Origin: Trichomonas gallinae
Taxonomy: Eukaryota
Direction of reading: 5' to 3'
Length of the DNA stretch: 62,837 nt
NCBI GenBank assembly: GCA_008369845.1
Contig: MRSU01006538.1
Location: 1-62,837 of the forward strand
Below the pieces are notes generated by a model that had not been told where the DNA came from, ran no database searches, and saw only the letters and a list, made by a program, of their open reading frames with translations. Positions 47,702 through 59,507 of this stretch are shown here, piece after piece (the first letter of the stretch is position 1; each line of letters starts with the position of its first letter). The position numbers and the translations under genes were made by a program.

Positions 47702-50700
47702 ATGGAAAATTTGAGAGGATTGAGAAAAGGTTGGCTTGTTTCGATATTTGCCGGTTTCTCAATCGGAATCACGCCTTTTTACACTATTGTTCGTTCACTT
47801 GTCCTGTTTTTTCTGATAACAATCCATTTTCTGCCGATATTTGTAGGATTTTCTCCATATGTAGGATTTTGTTTCGGTTTAGGTCTCTCAATTCCACTTC
47901 TTGTCACCAAGACACTAATGTATTACCTAAATTCTCTCGTAAATCGCTCTTTTGTTCTAGATGATGAACAAGTTATTACAGAATCATCAGAAACACACGA
48001 AGAAATACCTCCACCACCTGGAATACCTAAAAAACTATGGAACCTCAGATCAACTTTTCCATCAAATGTCGTAATTACAGAAGAAATATTTTCCGATTTA
48101 TTAAATCAAGGTTTTGATACAAATTCGATTGTCCTTTTCTTCAAATACGTCAGAAATCCGTCTCTAATTGATACTATTCGACCTAAAGAACAAATCATCC
48201 CAATTAAGAAGGAATATATCAAACTATGTGGTGTTGTATGCAGACTACCATTCAGCAGACAAACGTTAAATGCGTTATTTCCAGGAAATACATCGATTCG
48301 ATATTTAATATATTTATTTTTCTTAGCAACTGCACAAGAATCACTTATATCCGTCATTTTACAGTATCTCAAATTATACGAAAGAATAATTATATCAATT
48401 TATTGTGGTTTTTCACTATATTCTTTATTATCTCCTCCAGAAGTTGATCCTTATTCAACAACAAAAGGGGATATCATGACAGGAATTACTCGTTCATTCT
48501 ATATTACAATTTTTTCGACTGTTTGGGTCATATTTGCTCCATTAGCAAAATTTGCACCGGAATATGAATATATTGACACGTTCAAAATGTATTTCTACTG
48601 GAGACACGTATGTAGCATAATCACTGATAGTGCTCGCATCGCATTATTAGCTTTTCCACTGATTTTAATATTTTTACTTCCATTACCAGCTACTTTCATC
48701 ACTTGGGCCCTGGAAAGCTTATCATATTACTTATATGGACTCTCTGGTGCTGCTGGATTCACTCATTCTATTACACAATTCGCGAGATCTACGGTTGTTT
48801 ACATAATTCTTTATTTCATCGTAAGAAAAATCACACCGCTCAGACTATCAGGTGCCATTGGCATTGCTCTATTGCTATTACAGTTTCCACTCTCATTTAA
48901 TTCATTAATCAAAAAGAAAATGGTTAAATTCTATTTGGTCATATTTTGTTCATCATTAGTAGGCTTCGTTTCATCATATTCGTCTGCTGTTATGGCCTAT
49001 ATATCCTTCGAGAGCATCACAACAGTCAGCGCGCTTTTCTGCGCAGTCTTAGATTTCTTGTGGCCGTTGATGTGCGCGAATTCATACTATGTTTTATTTT
49101 ACATGAAAATTATATCAAAACCGTCAAAAACAATCAACGCGCTAAGACTTTTGACTCCATGTTTCTTCACTCCTCTTTTCATTGGAGGAATTCTACAGAG
49201 ATGGAATTCTAATCCTGTTGTTTCCGCTTTGATTATTGTCGCAGCGATAAATAACTCTCTCTGTCAGAGTTATATCATGGCTTCCGCGATTATTCTCGAA
49301 CGAATTACTTTCGGAATAGAACTCGCTATGCCAAATCCAGCTATAAATTTATTGCTTGCCATGATGCTCGCGAGAAAATTATTGTCTATCTCAACTATAA
49401 TAGATTACTGGAGAAGAGGACGACTTGCAGGCTTTTATTTGTTTTATGACACTTATTACTCTGATTCAGTCAGAGACAAAATCAAAGACTTTTTCGCGAC
49501 CAGCATTTTCACTGTCATTCCAGGACCAGACAAAGTGTTAACGACGCCTGCTTTCGTGTGGAGTGTGATGACTGGTGCTCCATTTTTATCCCCGCAAAAC
49601 TTGAGTTTATTCATGCTGCCTTGTTCGCCTCGTCCAAACTGTTTCTGGGATTACACAACAACACAAGATGATAACATCGCCAAGCCTTTCATCGTGGCTT
49701 TAACTGAGCACCCAGTTGAAGCTCCAGTCTATACTTCTCTAACGAGAGCTTTGATGATGAATTTGGCGATAATGATAAGAAACGGAACAATAGGCATCGT
49801 CGACTCTAATGATTTCTTTTTGTTCTTGAGTGAGCCATTAGCAGCATTCGTCCACATCATAGCTCTTGAGCCGCAGGGTGTTAGATTCCAGGTTAGAGGC
49901 CTCGAATACAACGATGAAACTCTCTGCCATTTGGGAGAAATCGCTCACCTAAAGGATGATGTTTCTCTCTATCAAGACAGGGTCCCTAACTTTATGTCTC
50001 AGCTGACATACGCCGGAACGAACTGGAAGACAAGGGCAACAAATGTTTCACTCATGCAGTACAATGTCGTAACTATACAACTGTCGAGAGCATTTTTAGG
50101 CGTTGAAAGAGAAAAGACACTATTTTGGGCTGCATTAACATTCTGCAATATATTGTATGGGAAAGAAACAATTGTCATCGACGAAGATCAGACTGATTGC
50201 CCTGAAATATTGAGCAGAGTCATTTCTGCTATGAGTCTGGCTGTTGACAAGAAAAAAGCCGCGAAAGCTTTCGAGATATTCGTCGATTTGACAATGGACG
50301 ACGGCTTTATTTCAACAGATAATATAGCTGAATTTTTCATCCAAAAGATTCCAGAAGATGCTGATGCCTCATTCGTTGCTTTGCATTATCCGGCAGCTCA
50401 GCTGTTCGCATTGGTTCTCGCACTAGATGCAATGCAGATGACACCTGATACAGATGATATCGATGAGTGCGTCGCTTTTGTAGAAGAAGTGACCACACAG
50501 TATATTAGTGCACCAATCACATCTAAAGAATTCCAGAAAACTTTCAAACTCGAAGAATCCGACTTGTTCTCTATTACAGAAAGGTCTGGTGAGAAGCTGG
50601 CTGTGTTTTTCAAGCTAACTGAAGTCAGCTACGACGTTATACATATTCAGAGAGAGTTCGTTAGGTCATTTTGGGCCAGCGAAGCATTTCTGCAGATTTT

Positions 50701-50860
50701 TCTTGGAGAAGATAACAGTGAAAGGTTGTCTATACAGGAGGATGACCACATGCTGCATAACTTGATCCTGCAGGCATGCGACTTGCCAATTGGATATCCA
50801 GCACTCGTTTCACCAATCAAGTCATCCTTCGTGCCTTCTCCTTTCTCAATATTCTACTGA
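47702..50860 (+). CDS. Pecanex-like multipass membrane protein
   Basis: PRPNCFWD, FQVRGLEY..T.C...E and VRSFWA....IFL..DNSERLSIQ....LHNLI..ACDLPIGYP..VSP match the pecanex C-terminal domain. ATG at 47702 after AAAGTGAC. Confidence 0.88.
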   Translation: MENLRGLRKGWLVSIFAGFSIGITPFYTIVRSLVLFFLITIHFLPIFVGFSPYVGFCFGLGLSIPLLVTKTLMYYLNSLVNRSFVLDDEQVITESSETHEEIPPPPGIPKKLWNLRSTFPSNVVITEEIFSDLLNQGFDTNSIVLFFKYVRNPSLIDTIRPKEQIIPIKKEYIKLCGVVCRLPFSRQTLNALFPGNTSIRYLIYLFFLATAQESLISVILQYLKLYERIIISIYCGFSLYSLLSPPEVDPYSTTKGDIMTGITRSFYITIFSTVWVIFAPLAKFAPEYEYIDTFKMYFYWRHVCSIITDSARIALLAFPLILIFLLPLPATFITWALESLSYYLYGLSGAAGFTHSITQFARSTVVYIILYFIVRKITPLRLSGAIGIALLLLQFPLSFNSLIKKKMVKFYLVIFCSSLVGFVSSYSSAVMAYISFESITTVSALFCAVLDFLWPLMCANSYYVLFYMKIISKPSKTINALRLLTPCFFTPLFIGGILQRWNSNPVVSALIIVAAINNSLCQSYIMASAIILERITFGIELAMPNPAINLLLAMMLARKLLSISTIIDYWRRGRLAGFYLFYDTYYSDSVRDKIKDFFATSIFTVIPGPDKVLTTPAFVWSVMTGAPFLSPQNLSLFMLPCSPRPNCFWDYTTTQDDNIAKPFIVALTEHPVEAPVYTSLTRALMMNLAIMIRNGTIGIVDSNDFFLFLSEPLAAFVHIIALEPQGVRFQVRGLEYNDETLCHLGEIAHLKDDVSLYQDRVPNFMSQLTYAGTNWKTRATNVSLMQYNVVTIQLSRAFLGVEREKTLFWAALTFCNILYGKETIVIDEDQTDCPEILSRVISAMSLAVDKKKAAKAFEIFVDLTMDDGFISTDNIAEFFIQKIPEDADASFVALHYPAAQLFALVLALDAMQMTPDTDDIDECVAFVEEVTTQYISAPITSKEFQKTFKLEESDLFSITERSGEKLAVFFKLTEVSYDVIHIQREFVRSFWASEAFLQIFLGEDNSERLSIQEDDHMLHNLILQACDLPIGYPALVSPIKSSFVPSPFSIFY

Positions 50861-51277
50861 ATAAACTTTGTATGTATTTTTTTCTATAATTAAATTATCA
50901 TACTTCATGCATAACGTGTGCTGTAATGATGCTTTATTATGCTTGTTATGAAATCATATTTTTTCCTTATGAAAACAAATATGTTATTGATTACAAATAG
51001 ACAAAATTGAGTTGAGGAAAACTGTCTATTATCAAACTGTATGTCGCACACGAATTAACAATGCACATATAAATCATGTCACTGAAATATATTTTATGAA
51101 TTTATATTGGCTAGACATTGGTACTTGTACGAAAATTTTGCATTTAAAAAGTTGTATATGTCTATAACTCTTTGTATTTGTAAAAAGATGTACTAAAATT
51201 TGACATGTTAACTCTTTGATTTTTGACATGTAAACTGTCAAATATAAAATTTACCAAGTCAGATTTGGTTTACAAAA

Positions 51278-52855
51278 ATGGAATGTCTCGAAATCATCAG
51301 CCATCAGGCCATAGAGGACCATTTTATATATACTTGTATTGATAAAAAGTCGAATCCTATGGTATTGAAGCAGTTATCTGATATAGAAATTGCGCAAATC
51401 GATCAACATGCGGCATTAAATTATTGGAAAAATTATCATGCACAATTTATATGTAAAACGAATAGAATTCAGCTTGCTGCCACAGAAATCAATGTAGATC
51501 TTAATATTGGAAAATTGAATTATTCAAATCAGACAAATACAACAGATAATCAACAGATTAATACTCAGCCAGCTAGAACAGTAAATACATCGCATATTAC
51601 ACCTAATGTAAATGCAAATTCAACAAACTCAAATTCATCGAATCTACCAAATCAGGCTGCAACTTCGATTGCATCAAATTCTGCTTCAAGAAATACTGCA
51701 TATATTTCTGTATCAAACCTTGTATTTGAAAATTCATCAAATTTACAAAAAGATCAAAATTCTCTTTCATCAGAATCATCGATTGAGCATAGATCCTCAT
51801 CAAACTCTAATCAAATTGAAATTACTCCGCCAAAGCCGCCTTCAATCGAAAATTTACAATCTATCAATAATACTCAACCAACTGCTCAACAACAAACTCA
51901 TAATCAGCCTGTTCCTGCACAACCATTATATCCACAAGCAAGTAGACCAGCTCAACAACAAATTCCTCAAAATCAGTCAAATTCTGCACATCAGCCATTA
52001 TATCCACCAGCAAGTAGACAAACACCACAACAAGCTCCTCATACTATTACCACTTCCCAATTTTTATATCCAAAACAGCAAACTGTTTCTCAAAATCAGA
52101 CATATTCTGCACAACAACAAACCGGTTCTACAACTAATCAAACGTCATATTCACAGGCAAATATACCTCATCAACCATTATATCCACCAGCGAGTTTGCG
52201 TTCAACAAATCAACTAACACAGCATAGACTATCTAATGAAATTGCAATGCAGCAATCTTCAAATCAACCACAAAGCCAACAAATCTTCCCAGGATATCTA
52301 CAACAGACGATGCCTCCTGCAAGATCTGTTTATCAAATGCCGCAGGCGTATGTTGCAAATTCTGTAGTGCCGATGCAAAATGGTACTATTGCAGTCCTAA
52401 CAACACCAATAGTTCCTGTTCCACAGTCTACTAACTATCAAAAAATTATCTATCAACAACCACAACCGCAGCAGCAGCCGCGAAAACCTGAACAAAGTGT
52501 TCCTAAGAAACCTACATATGAAACTCAATATCCAGGACTTTCTGCTCTCCCTTGGTTCGACAATGACAACCAAGTCAGTAATGCAGAATCCATGCAATTA
52601 TTGAAGACTCTCCCAGAAAATGAAAGGACTGACCATTTACTCAAAATTCACGAAAGATTCATTAGAGACGAAACCTTGGAAAACAACTTCTTCCAGGTGC
52701 TGCTCACAACAACCTCAGAATCTGCCAATGTGTCTGTAAGGGAGCCATACAGACAGGATGACAAAATCGTATATTATCACTTTTATGACGATGACTCAAA
52801 AACTGACATATTCGTCAATGATCAATTGGCGAAGAAAATCCCAATCAAGAATTAA
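51278..52855 (+). CDS. Hypothetical Q/P/S/N-rich protein with small folded termini (possible chromo-like N-terminus)
   Basis: 525 aa ORF with QPLYP(P/Q)AS repeats. The N-terminal EIISH....FIYTC...A.LNYWK is weakly chromo/chromo-shadow-like. Confidence 0.6.
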   Translation: MECLEIISHQAIEDHFIYTCIDKKSNPMVLKQLSDIEIAQIDQHAALNYWKNYHAQFICKTNRIQLAATEINVDLNIGKLNYSNQTNTTDNQQINTQPARTVNTSHITPNVNANSTNSNSSNLPNQAATSIASNSASRNTAYISVSNLVFENSSNLQKDQNSLSSESSIEHRSSSNSNQIEITPPKPPSIENLQSINNTQPTAQQQTHNQPVPAQPLYPQASRPAQQQIPQNQSNSAHQPLYPPASRQTPQQAPHTITTSQFLYPKQQTVSQNQTYSAQQQTGSTTNQTSYSQANIPHQPLYPPASLRSTNQLTQHRLSNEIAMQQSSNQPQSQQIFPGYLQQTMPPARSVYQMPQAYVANSVVPMQNGTIAVLTTPIVPVPQSTNYQKIIYQQPQPQQQPRKPEQSVPKKPTYETQYPGLSALPWFDNDNQVSNAESMQLLKTLPENERTDHLLKIHERFIRDETLENNFFQVLLTTTSESANVSVREPYRQDDKIVYYHFYDDDSKTDIFVNDQLAKKIPIKN

Positions 52856-53037
52856 CAAAAATCATTATACTTTTGTTTGTTTTTATAAATATTTGTTTAT
52901 TTGTTATATATACCAAAATTATTAGCGAAAAATGATTTTATCTCACAAATGAATTTTTATAAAATTTTCAAGCAAGACTTTGATCGTCTTTTGATCGAAA
53001 TTGATATCATGAAATTTACTCAAGAGGCCAAGTCAAT

Positions 53038-53124
53038 GATACAGCTTTGATTTGGGCTTCAAGAAATAGTCATTATGAAATTGTCAAGCTCCTTCTCGCA
53101 TTTCTTGGTATAAATGTCAAATAG
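53038..53124 (+). pseudogene. Isolated ankyrin-repeat remnant
   Basis: Translates DTALIWASRNSHYEIVKLLLAFLGINVK*. Shares acagctttgatttgggcttca with the 42.7-kb pseudogene. Confidence 0.75.
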
Positions 53125-53297
53125 AAAAACCACAAAATGACTTAATTAATCAAAGAAAAAAAAAAAAGATGATAACCTAATTAGAACTCTCTCTAAAAAA
53201 ACTTGAGGATTAAATTTGTCATGTAAATAATTTATGACATGTAAACCTAAAATATGGGGTCTTGGAGCAACCCCTAATTAGTCACTTTTCTAAAAAG

Positions 53298-53960
53298 ATG
53301 GCGACAGCAGAACAGAGAAATTCTGTTATGATGACCATTACAAAAGAATTTTGTAATGAGCCACTAGCTGTTCCATTCCTTAAGCCATACGAAGATGACA
53401 AAAAGATCACAGGCGAATATAAAAACAGAATTAAAAGGCCAATGGACTTATCTACAATTAAAAAGAAAATTAACAATACGCAATATAATGGATATCAGCC
53501 ATGGATTGAAGATATGAATTTGATATGGGATAATGCAGTGGAATTTAACTCCGCGGATTCTGTCATCGGTGGAGTAGCCATTTATCTTAAAAAGAGATTC
53601 ACAAAGCGTATTAATTCAATAACATTAACAAATTTACGTAACTACGAGCAACACATAATTAATTTAACAAAAGATATTCAAAATATTTTGCAAAATCCTC
53701 CTGGTGTATTCAACGTTCAACAAAGTTTTCAATTAACTACAAGAATAGAGCCATTTACAATGACAAGAATTCAAAAAATTATGGATGATATCAAAAAACG
53801 CATGGATAATGGAGAAACTGACGAAATTATAGCCCTTATAAAGTCAAAAGAACCAGGATTCAATCCAGATTCGGCCGAGTCAATTGATTTTGGTTTATTC
53901 ACTCGCAAAACACTTTTGGCCCTTGAGGATTATATTGCTAGGAAGCAAGCTGAAAATTAA
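53298..53960 (+). CDS. Bromodomain + ET-like domain protein
   Basis: PLAVPFLKP...YKNRIKRPMDLSTIKKKI..TQY...DMNLIWDNAVEFN, and ET-like IDFGLFTRKTLLALEDYI. ATG at 53298 after GTCACTTT at 53281. Confidence 0.9.
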   Translation: MATAEQRNSVMMTITKEFCNEPLAVPFLKPYEDDKKITGEYKNRIKRPMDLSTIKKKINNTQYNGYQPWIEDMNLIWDNAVEFNSADSVIGGVAIYLKKRFTKRINSITLTNLRNYEQHIINLTKDIQNILQNPPGVFNVQQSFQLTTRIEPFTMTRIQKIMDDIKKRMDNGETDEIIALIKSKEPGFNPDSAESIDFGLFTRKTLLALEDYIARKQAEN

Positions 53961-55308
53961 TACATATTTTTCTATATATTTGTTATGAAGTAAAATATTG
54001 ATTTTTGATATCAAAATATTCTTTACCAGTAATTTCATATTTCAATTTGATTCTTTCTATAATAAATAAATTAAGTCGAGGAGATGTTTAAAGCAAATAA
54101 TTTTGATACCACAGTGAAACAATATTAAAATCAACTTAATATGCGGCCATGAATGCATTGACACTGCAATATATCGAATAACAAAAATATTGAATAAATA
54201 AGTAAATTTTAAACACTGATTAACAATTGAAATATCGAAAATGTATGTCAAATAGTTAATTTTATAACATGAATAGAATCTTTTCTCATAGGTTATTTTC
54301 TATGTATGCTAAATAAAGAAAGATTCGTTGATTAATTGAAAATGAAATCAAAAATTGAAAAATGACAATTGAGCATATGTAATGCCTTATAAAATTGCAT
54401 AGAGATGCATTTCATAAAATCTGTGTATGCAATTCTTTAAATAAAATGAATTGAAAATTAAATAAATGAAAAAATGTAGCACTAGAATGAAAATCAATTT
54501 TATTACATCATTACAAGCAATTATACAGAATGCTATAACAAAATTAGAAGAAACGACGAAAAATCGAAATTTTTAGCTATTTAAAGTGTAGCATTTTGAT
54601 TAAAATAGATTTTGAAAGCTTATTCGCATGTATTTAGGTGAGAAGATCGAAGATATTAATTCCGAGAGTTACAGGCGTATAAGCAAGAAAAATAATTTCA
54701 CCTATTAAATTAGATATGCATGGTCATAATTTTGGCTGATTAATGATTTTTTTTTAATTGGAATAATCGTCATATACAAAACTTATATTGAAAAAATCGA
54801 AATTACAATTCGATTCCTATTGTTCACCAAATTATTTGAGCCAGCATTTTCAAAAACAAATTTTCAATGCAATTTTGAGGACTGATCAAATTTTGAAATT
54901 TCATGAAAACGTATGATATAGAAACATAATACATTTAATAACAAACGAAATGACTATAAATTTACATTTAATTGAATTAATTTTAAATGAAGTCATAGAA
55001 GACTTTGAAATATTTACAATCTATTAAAATATAAAACAAATTATAATTATATATAATGATTATAATTTTTAAAATTTTTTGGATGCAAGAAAAAAAAAAG
55101 ACATTTTTATTTGGAATCATTTGAAATGAAATGTAGAAGTGTTTAAACAGATAAAATTAAAACAGCTGACAATTCTAAATGTCCACAAAAGTGAAAGAAA
55201 AAAAAAGTTAAAGTATTTTTCCTTGTTTATTATGTACGGAGCATTCCAAAACTTTGAATGGACGTTCTTTATCGTCCTTCAATTTTTTTTTCAACGTTAT
55301 TTTGAGCC

Positions 55309-56391
55309 ATGAGCATAAACTATAGACAAGTAGCTAACGACATCGGTAACCAACTGGAGAACCACACTTTCGTCGAATCCTACAATGTGCAGGATACGTG
55401 CAAGATTTTGGAACTCGCGACATTAAATGTATCACAAGCGATCAATTTATTCGAAGATTCATATTTCAAATACGATCCAATTGACTCGTTTAAGATATTT
55501 CAGTACGTGAAAGTTGAACTTAGCCATGATTATGATGAAGTTGTCCAATTATGTTCTGTTTTGAGTAACTTTTTGAAGGCACCGGTTATGAAATCGCTTC
55601 ATTCATATGTTAAGGATATGGCTGATTCAATTTCAGCTAAAGATACACAAATTGCTCAACTTCGCAAAGAAATTAACGATATGAAAGGAAAGAATCCAAA
55701 TTTGTTAAGCAGAAAATCGATTTCAACTGCTAATGTTGAGATTGCTAAACAGCAAGAGACGATTGAAGCTCTTAAAAACGAGATTGAAATGCTCAAAGAA
55801 CAATCAATTAATTCTGCGCCAGCAACAAACACGATTCATATAGAAAACCTGAAGCAGTTCATGGGCGTTCGCGATGAATTCGAAAGGACTCATGAATACG
55901 TTAAAGAAGAAGATTTCTACAAAGTGTACGATATTTTAAGAAATATAGCAGATGAAGGCGATAGAGTGTCTATGAAATACGCTGTTGAGAACAGATTCCA
56001 CGAAATTAGAAGAGGCTTCAATATGTTTTTATATGCAGCTTCTAAAGGAAACCTCCCACTTGTTAAGCTTTTAGCTGAATGTGGTGCTGATATTGCATGT
56101 ACAAATACAATCAATAAGTGGACAGCTCTTCACCATGCATGTTATTGGGATAGACTTCCTGTTGTTCAATATCTCGTCACTCTGAATGGTTTGGACATCA
56201 ATGCAAAGAACATTGGTGGCGATACCGCACTCCATAAAGCTTGCGATCACTGCAGAGTCGAAATCGTAAAATTCTTAACAACGGTAAAAGGAATCAAGCT
56301 CAGCGAGAAGAACAATAAAGGCAAGACGCCGCTTCACAGTACAAACAACAACGAAATTAAGACTCATTTAAGAAATCTCGGTGCTACATAA
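55309..56391 (+). CDS. Ankyrin-repeat protein with an N-terminal helical domain and coiled coil
   Basis: YAASKGNLPLVKLL, WTALHHAC, GDTALHKAC, GKTPLH repeats. Confidence 0.92.
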   Translation: MSINYRQVANDIGNQLENHTFVESYNVQDTCKILELATLNVSQAINLFEDSYFKYDPIDSFKIFQYVKVELSHDYDEVVQLCSVLSNFLKAPVMKSLHSYVKDMADSISAKDTQIAQLRKEINDMKGKNPNLLSRKSISTANVEIAKQQETIEALKNEIEMLKEQSINSAPATNTIHIENLKQFMGVRDEFERTHEYVKEEDFYKVYDILRNIADEGDRVSMKYAVENRFHEIRRGFNMFLYAASKGNLPLVKLLAECGADIACTNTINKWTALHHACYWDRLPVVQYLVTLNGLDINAKNIGGDTALHKACDHCRVEIVKFLTTVKGIKLSEKNNKGKTPLHSTNNNEIKTHLRNLGAT

Positions 56392-56659
56392 TTCATTTTA
56401 TAGAAACTTTGTTATATAAATCCATATGTGTCCAATAAATAATATATTAATATATATAAATTCCTAGAATCTATCATAATTTATTTCATCATTATTAAAT
56501 TCGCAATTCAGAAAATTTACTATATCAAGTTCTAATGGTAAGTACAGTTATAATATTATATTATGAATAAAATATGTTATTATTGAAATATTTTTTGTGA
56601 AAAAAAAAATTATCAATAATGATAATAGATAATGGACTTTAGTCCTATTGTCTCCTATA

Positions 56660-57310
56660 CCCGGCTAATTAATCCGAATTTTTAGCTGCACTTTTTTAAG
56701 GATTGATTTCTTATCTGCATTCAGTGCAATTAGTCTATTGCGATTATTTATTCGCTCATAAAAACGATTTTCTGAATATATACATGCTAATATAGTCTAC
56801 AATTTGATTGATCATCAATTAAATTAGAATAAGGAAAATTGTAATCAATCTTTGCATACCCAGGCTGAAACATCTCATCATATAGATACTAGAGTCAAAG
56901 TATATAATTTCTTGATGTTGTAAATTTTTAAGGTTATGACACTTTACAATATACAAAAATCACGATCGGAATATTTGACACAATCAAAATTGCCATAGAA
57001 AAAAAATGGCAGTTATTTTTTGAACCGGGTTCACTATGTTTCTGAGTTACAGGGGATGAGATTATATCAATGGTTGAGTTATGCACTAGAAAATCTTAAA
57101 TGTTGAAAAATTGATTTCCGATTAAACACTGTGATACTCGTTCAGATAGTGTATTCGCATATAAACCATTTTTATATAACATATTTGATGTTGTAACATC
57201 AGATAAGCTTTGGACAAATTGGCGAAAAATTGCGATATGCTCCGTTGCATATTAAATTGGTTAATTTAGTGGGGTTAATAGTATAGATTCATCAGTCCGA
57301 AAAACAAGAT
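56660..57310 (-). pseudogene. Possible heavily decayed BspA/TpLRR remnant
   Basis: Minus-strand fragments: EPGSK-ITAI (needs a 1-nt shift, about 57005-57032), NLSK/CPKL..DVT (about 57185-57220), RCFS...LITIF (about 56835-56878), TNCTE. Many stops. Confidence 0.4.
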
Positions 57311-57881
57311 AATCCAAATAACACATAGAGATTCCTTAAATCAGATTTTTAGATGCCAACGATTATTTTCGATTCAAAAATGATTGCCATCAGATTAACG
57401 TAAATAAATGAAATAAAATGTTCACTGATATAAACAATTTATAAAATTTTACACCCGTATCTGTCCTCACAAATTTGAAAGATGCCAAACGATTATTTTG
57501 AAGTCAAAATTAATCGTCGAAGCATCAAAAATAACACCAAACATATTTATTATTATTATTGAAAATTCATACGGGCGTGAAAGCATTTGAAAATATAATA
57601 GAAATGTTTATTAGAATATATAGAGTTATTTCTAATTTTTGTATCAGATGTAAAGTTTGAATTGAAAATAATCGATATCAAAAATTTTAATTGAAAGAGA
57701 AATAATCGTTTGTCAAATTCCAAAACTCATATGATTACAATTTATAGAATATAAAATATCCTTTCTCAATTTTGACAATTTTTATTTCAAAAAATAAAAC
57801 AAACATTATGATTATTTAAGAAAAGAAAAATGAATTTTCAAAATTTTGAATTTTTTGAATGTGATGAAATATTAAAAAAAA

Positions 57882-59057
57882 ATGGGTTCAGCGCCAAGTA
57901 ATGTTGCGGCCATTGATCCATATGTTCCTATTCGAAGTCCCAGACTGAATGCGCACTACAGTGATATGAGCGAACGTCATATAATCCATCAGCCGTATAA
58001 TCGATCAAAAACGAAAATAATAGACTGCGGTTTTAGTGGTGTCTGGAGTCGCTATGTACCATGCTGCATCTGCCCTGATCCACGATCTGGACACTTTTCG
58101 TGTTATTCAGATGATATGTCAACCTTATTCATCGGATATGGAATTTCTTATAAGCAGACACTGCTAAATGACTGCTGGGCACTCGATTGCGTCAATAAGA
58201 TATGGCGAAAGATTGAACTTCACGGAGATCTTGTTTCTCCGCGAACAGGAAGCCGCGCTTTCTACTATGATGGGAAGATTATCATTTTCGGAGGCTTCGC
58301 AGAATCAACATACTACGCAGATCTGCACTATATTGATGTTAATACTGGCATTGTAAATGCAATTCAGACAACTGGATTAGAACCATGCTCTAGGACGTCG
58401 CCGATCTTCTTTTTGTACAACGAAAAGGCCTATGTGTGGGGCGGCTATAACGAACAATGGCCGAATGAGCTCAGTGTTTTAGATCTCCATACATTGCACT
58501 GGGAGCAATATCCGCAAAAGATACCTGGAAGAACAGGAGTCTCTTTCGGATTGTGGAACGATAAAGTTTACACATTCGGTTGTTGCAAAAATAGCAATTT
58601 ATTAATTATTGATCCAATTGAATATACAATGACGGAAGTACCGACATATGGATCTCAGCCTTCGTTTTCTACCATTGGATCTGGCATGCTCGTCGTAGAT
58701 CACTTCGCATTGTTTTTCGGTGGAAAAGCGAACTCACAATACGCTCTTCTCTACGCATGCGACTTAGAGATCAATACATGGTTTGTTTTTTATATTCTTC
58801 CCGATGGAGATACTGTTACAATGGCTGATGGAATGATTTCGGAAATTGGAATGTTCTTAATACCACGAGTTTCACACTTTTCGTTCGTATATGAAAAATC
58901 TACGCAAGATATTATCATTACGCTCGGCGAACCAATGGATTCGCCTCCATCACTCTCTGTTATTCATATTTCTCATGCACTTGCACATTTACGCCACAGA
59001 GATGACATGACAAGCATCTTAGTGTCGAATTGCACAGGAAGCAGTGTTCTCATATAA
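57882..59057 (+). CDS. Kelch-motif protein with a probable N-myristoylation signal
   Basis: SPRTG...IIIFGG...DLHYID, CSRTSP...YVWGG..W, LFFGG. Starts MGSAPS. Confidence 0.85.
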   Translation: MGSAPSNVAAIDPYVPIRSPRLNAHYSDMSERHIIHQPYNRSKTKIIDCGFSGVWSRYVPCCICPDPRSGHFSCYSDDMSTLFIGYGISYKQTLLNDCWALDCVNKIWRKIELHGDLVSPRTGSRAFYYDGKIIIFGGFAESTYYADLHYIDVNTGIVNAIQTTGLEPCSRTSPIFFLYNEKAYVWGGYNEQWPNELSVLDLHTLHWEQYPQKIPGRTGVSFGLWNDKVYTFGCCKNSNLLIIDPIEYTMTEVPTYGSQPSFSTIGSGMLVVDHFALFFGGKANSQYALLYACDLEINTWFVFYILPDGDTVTMADGMISEIGMFLIPRVSHFSFVYEKSTQDIIITLGEPMDSPPSLSVIHISHALAHLRHRDDMTSILVSNCTGSSVLI

Positions 59058-59507
59058 TACTTTGTATTTTCTTTTTTGTTTTTTTATCTAAAACGCTATC
59101 TTTCCGCATTTATTCCTATATCATATACATTTAGTTCTATTATCCATTTGAAAAAGGAAGAAATTTCATAAATTTGAACAAAATTACAAAAACAACTAAC
59201 ATATATGTAAACTTATGTTAAGTATAAGTTTTATTGACGTGTAATCGCTTATATGCTGTGATTCTAAAATAAATCAGAATTTAGCTTTTTAAAACTCTAA
59301 ATAATATAACATTTGATGATAACAGCAGAAGAATAGCCTATAGGCAAATCTATTGTAAACGTGTATTTATCTCTATACTGAGTGTCGAAGTAAATATTGA
59401 AATCAATTATGATAAACTGTAGAATTTGTTGAAAAATATTTACGTGTTTTACCGAAAAAGAACATGTTATTTAATTTAAAACAAACACAACAAAAATAAC
59501 AAAATTA

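Noticed and set aside
53990..55250. Short palindromes (e.g. AATTGCATA...TATGCAATT at 54393-54434) and possible LRR debris in a long AT-rich spacer
   Set aside because: Expected by chance at this AT content; translated fragments are too weak to call.
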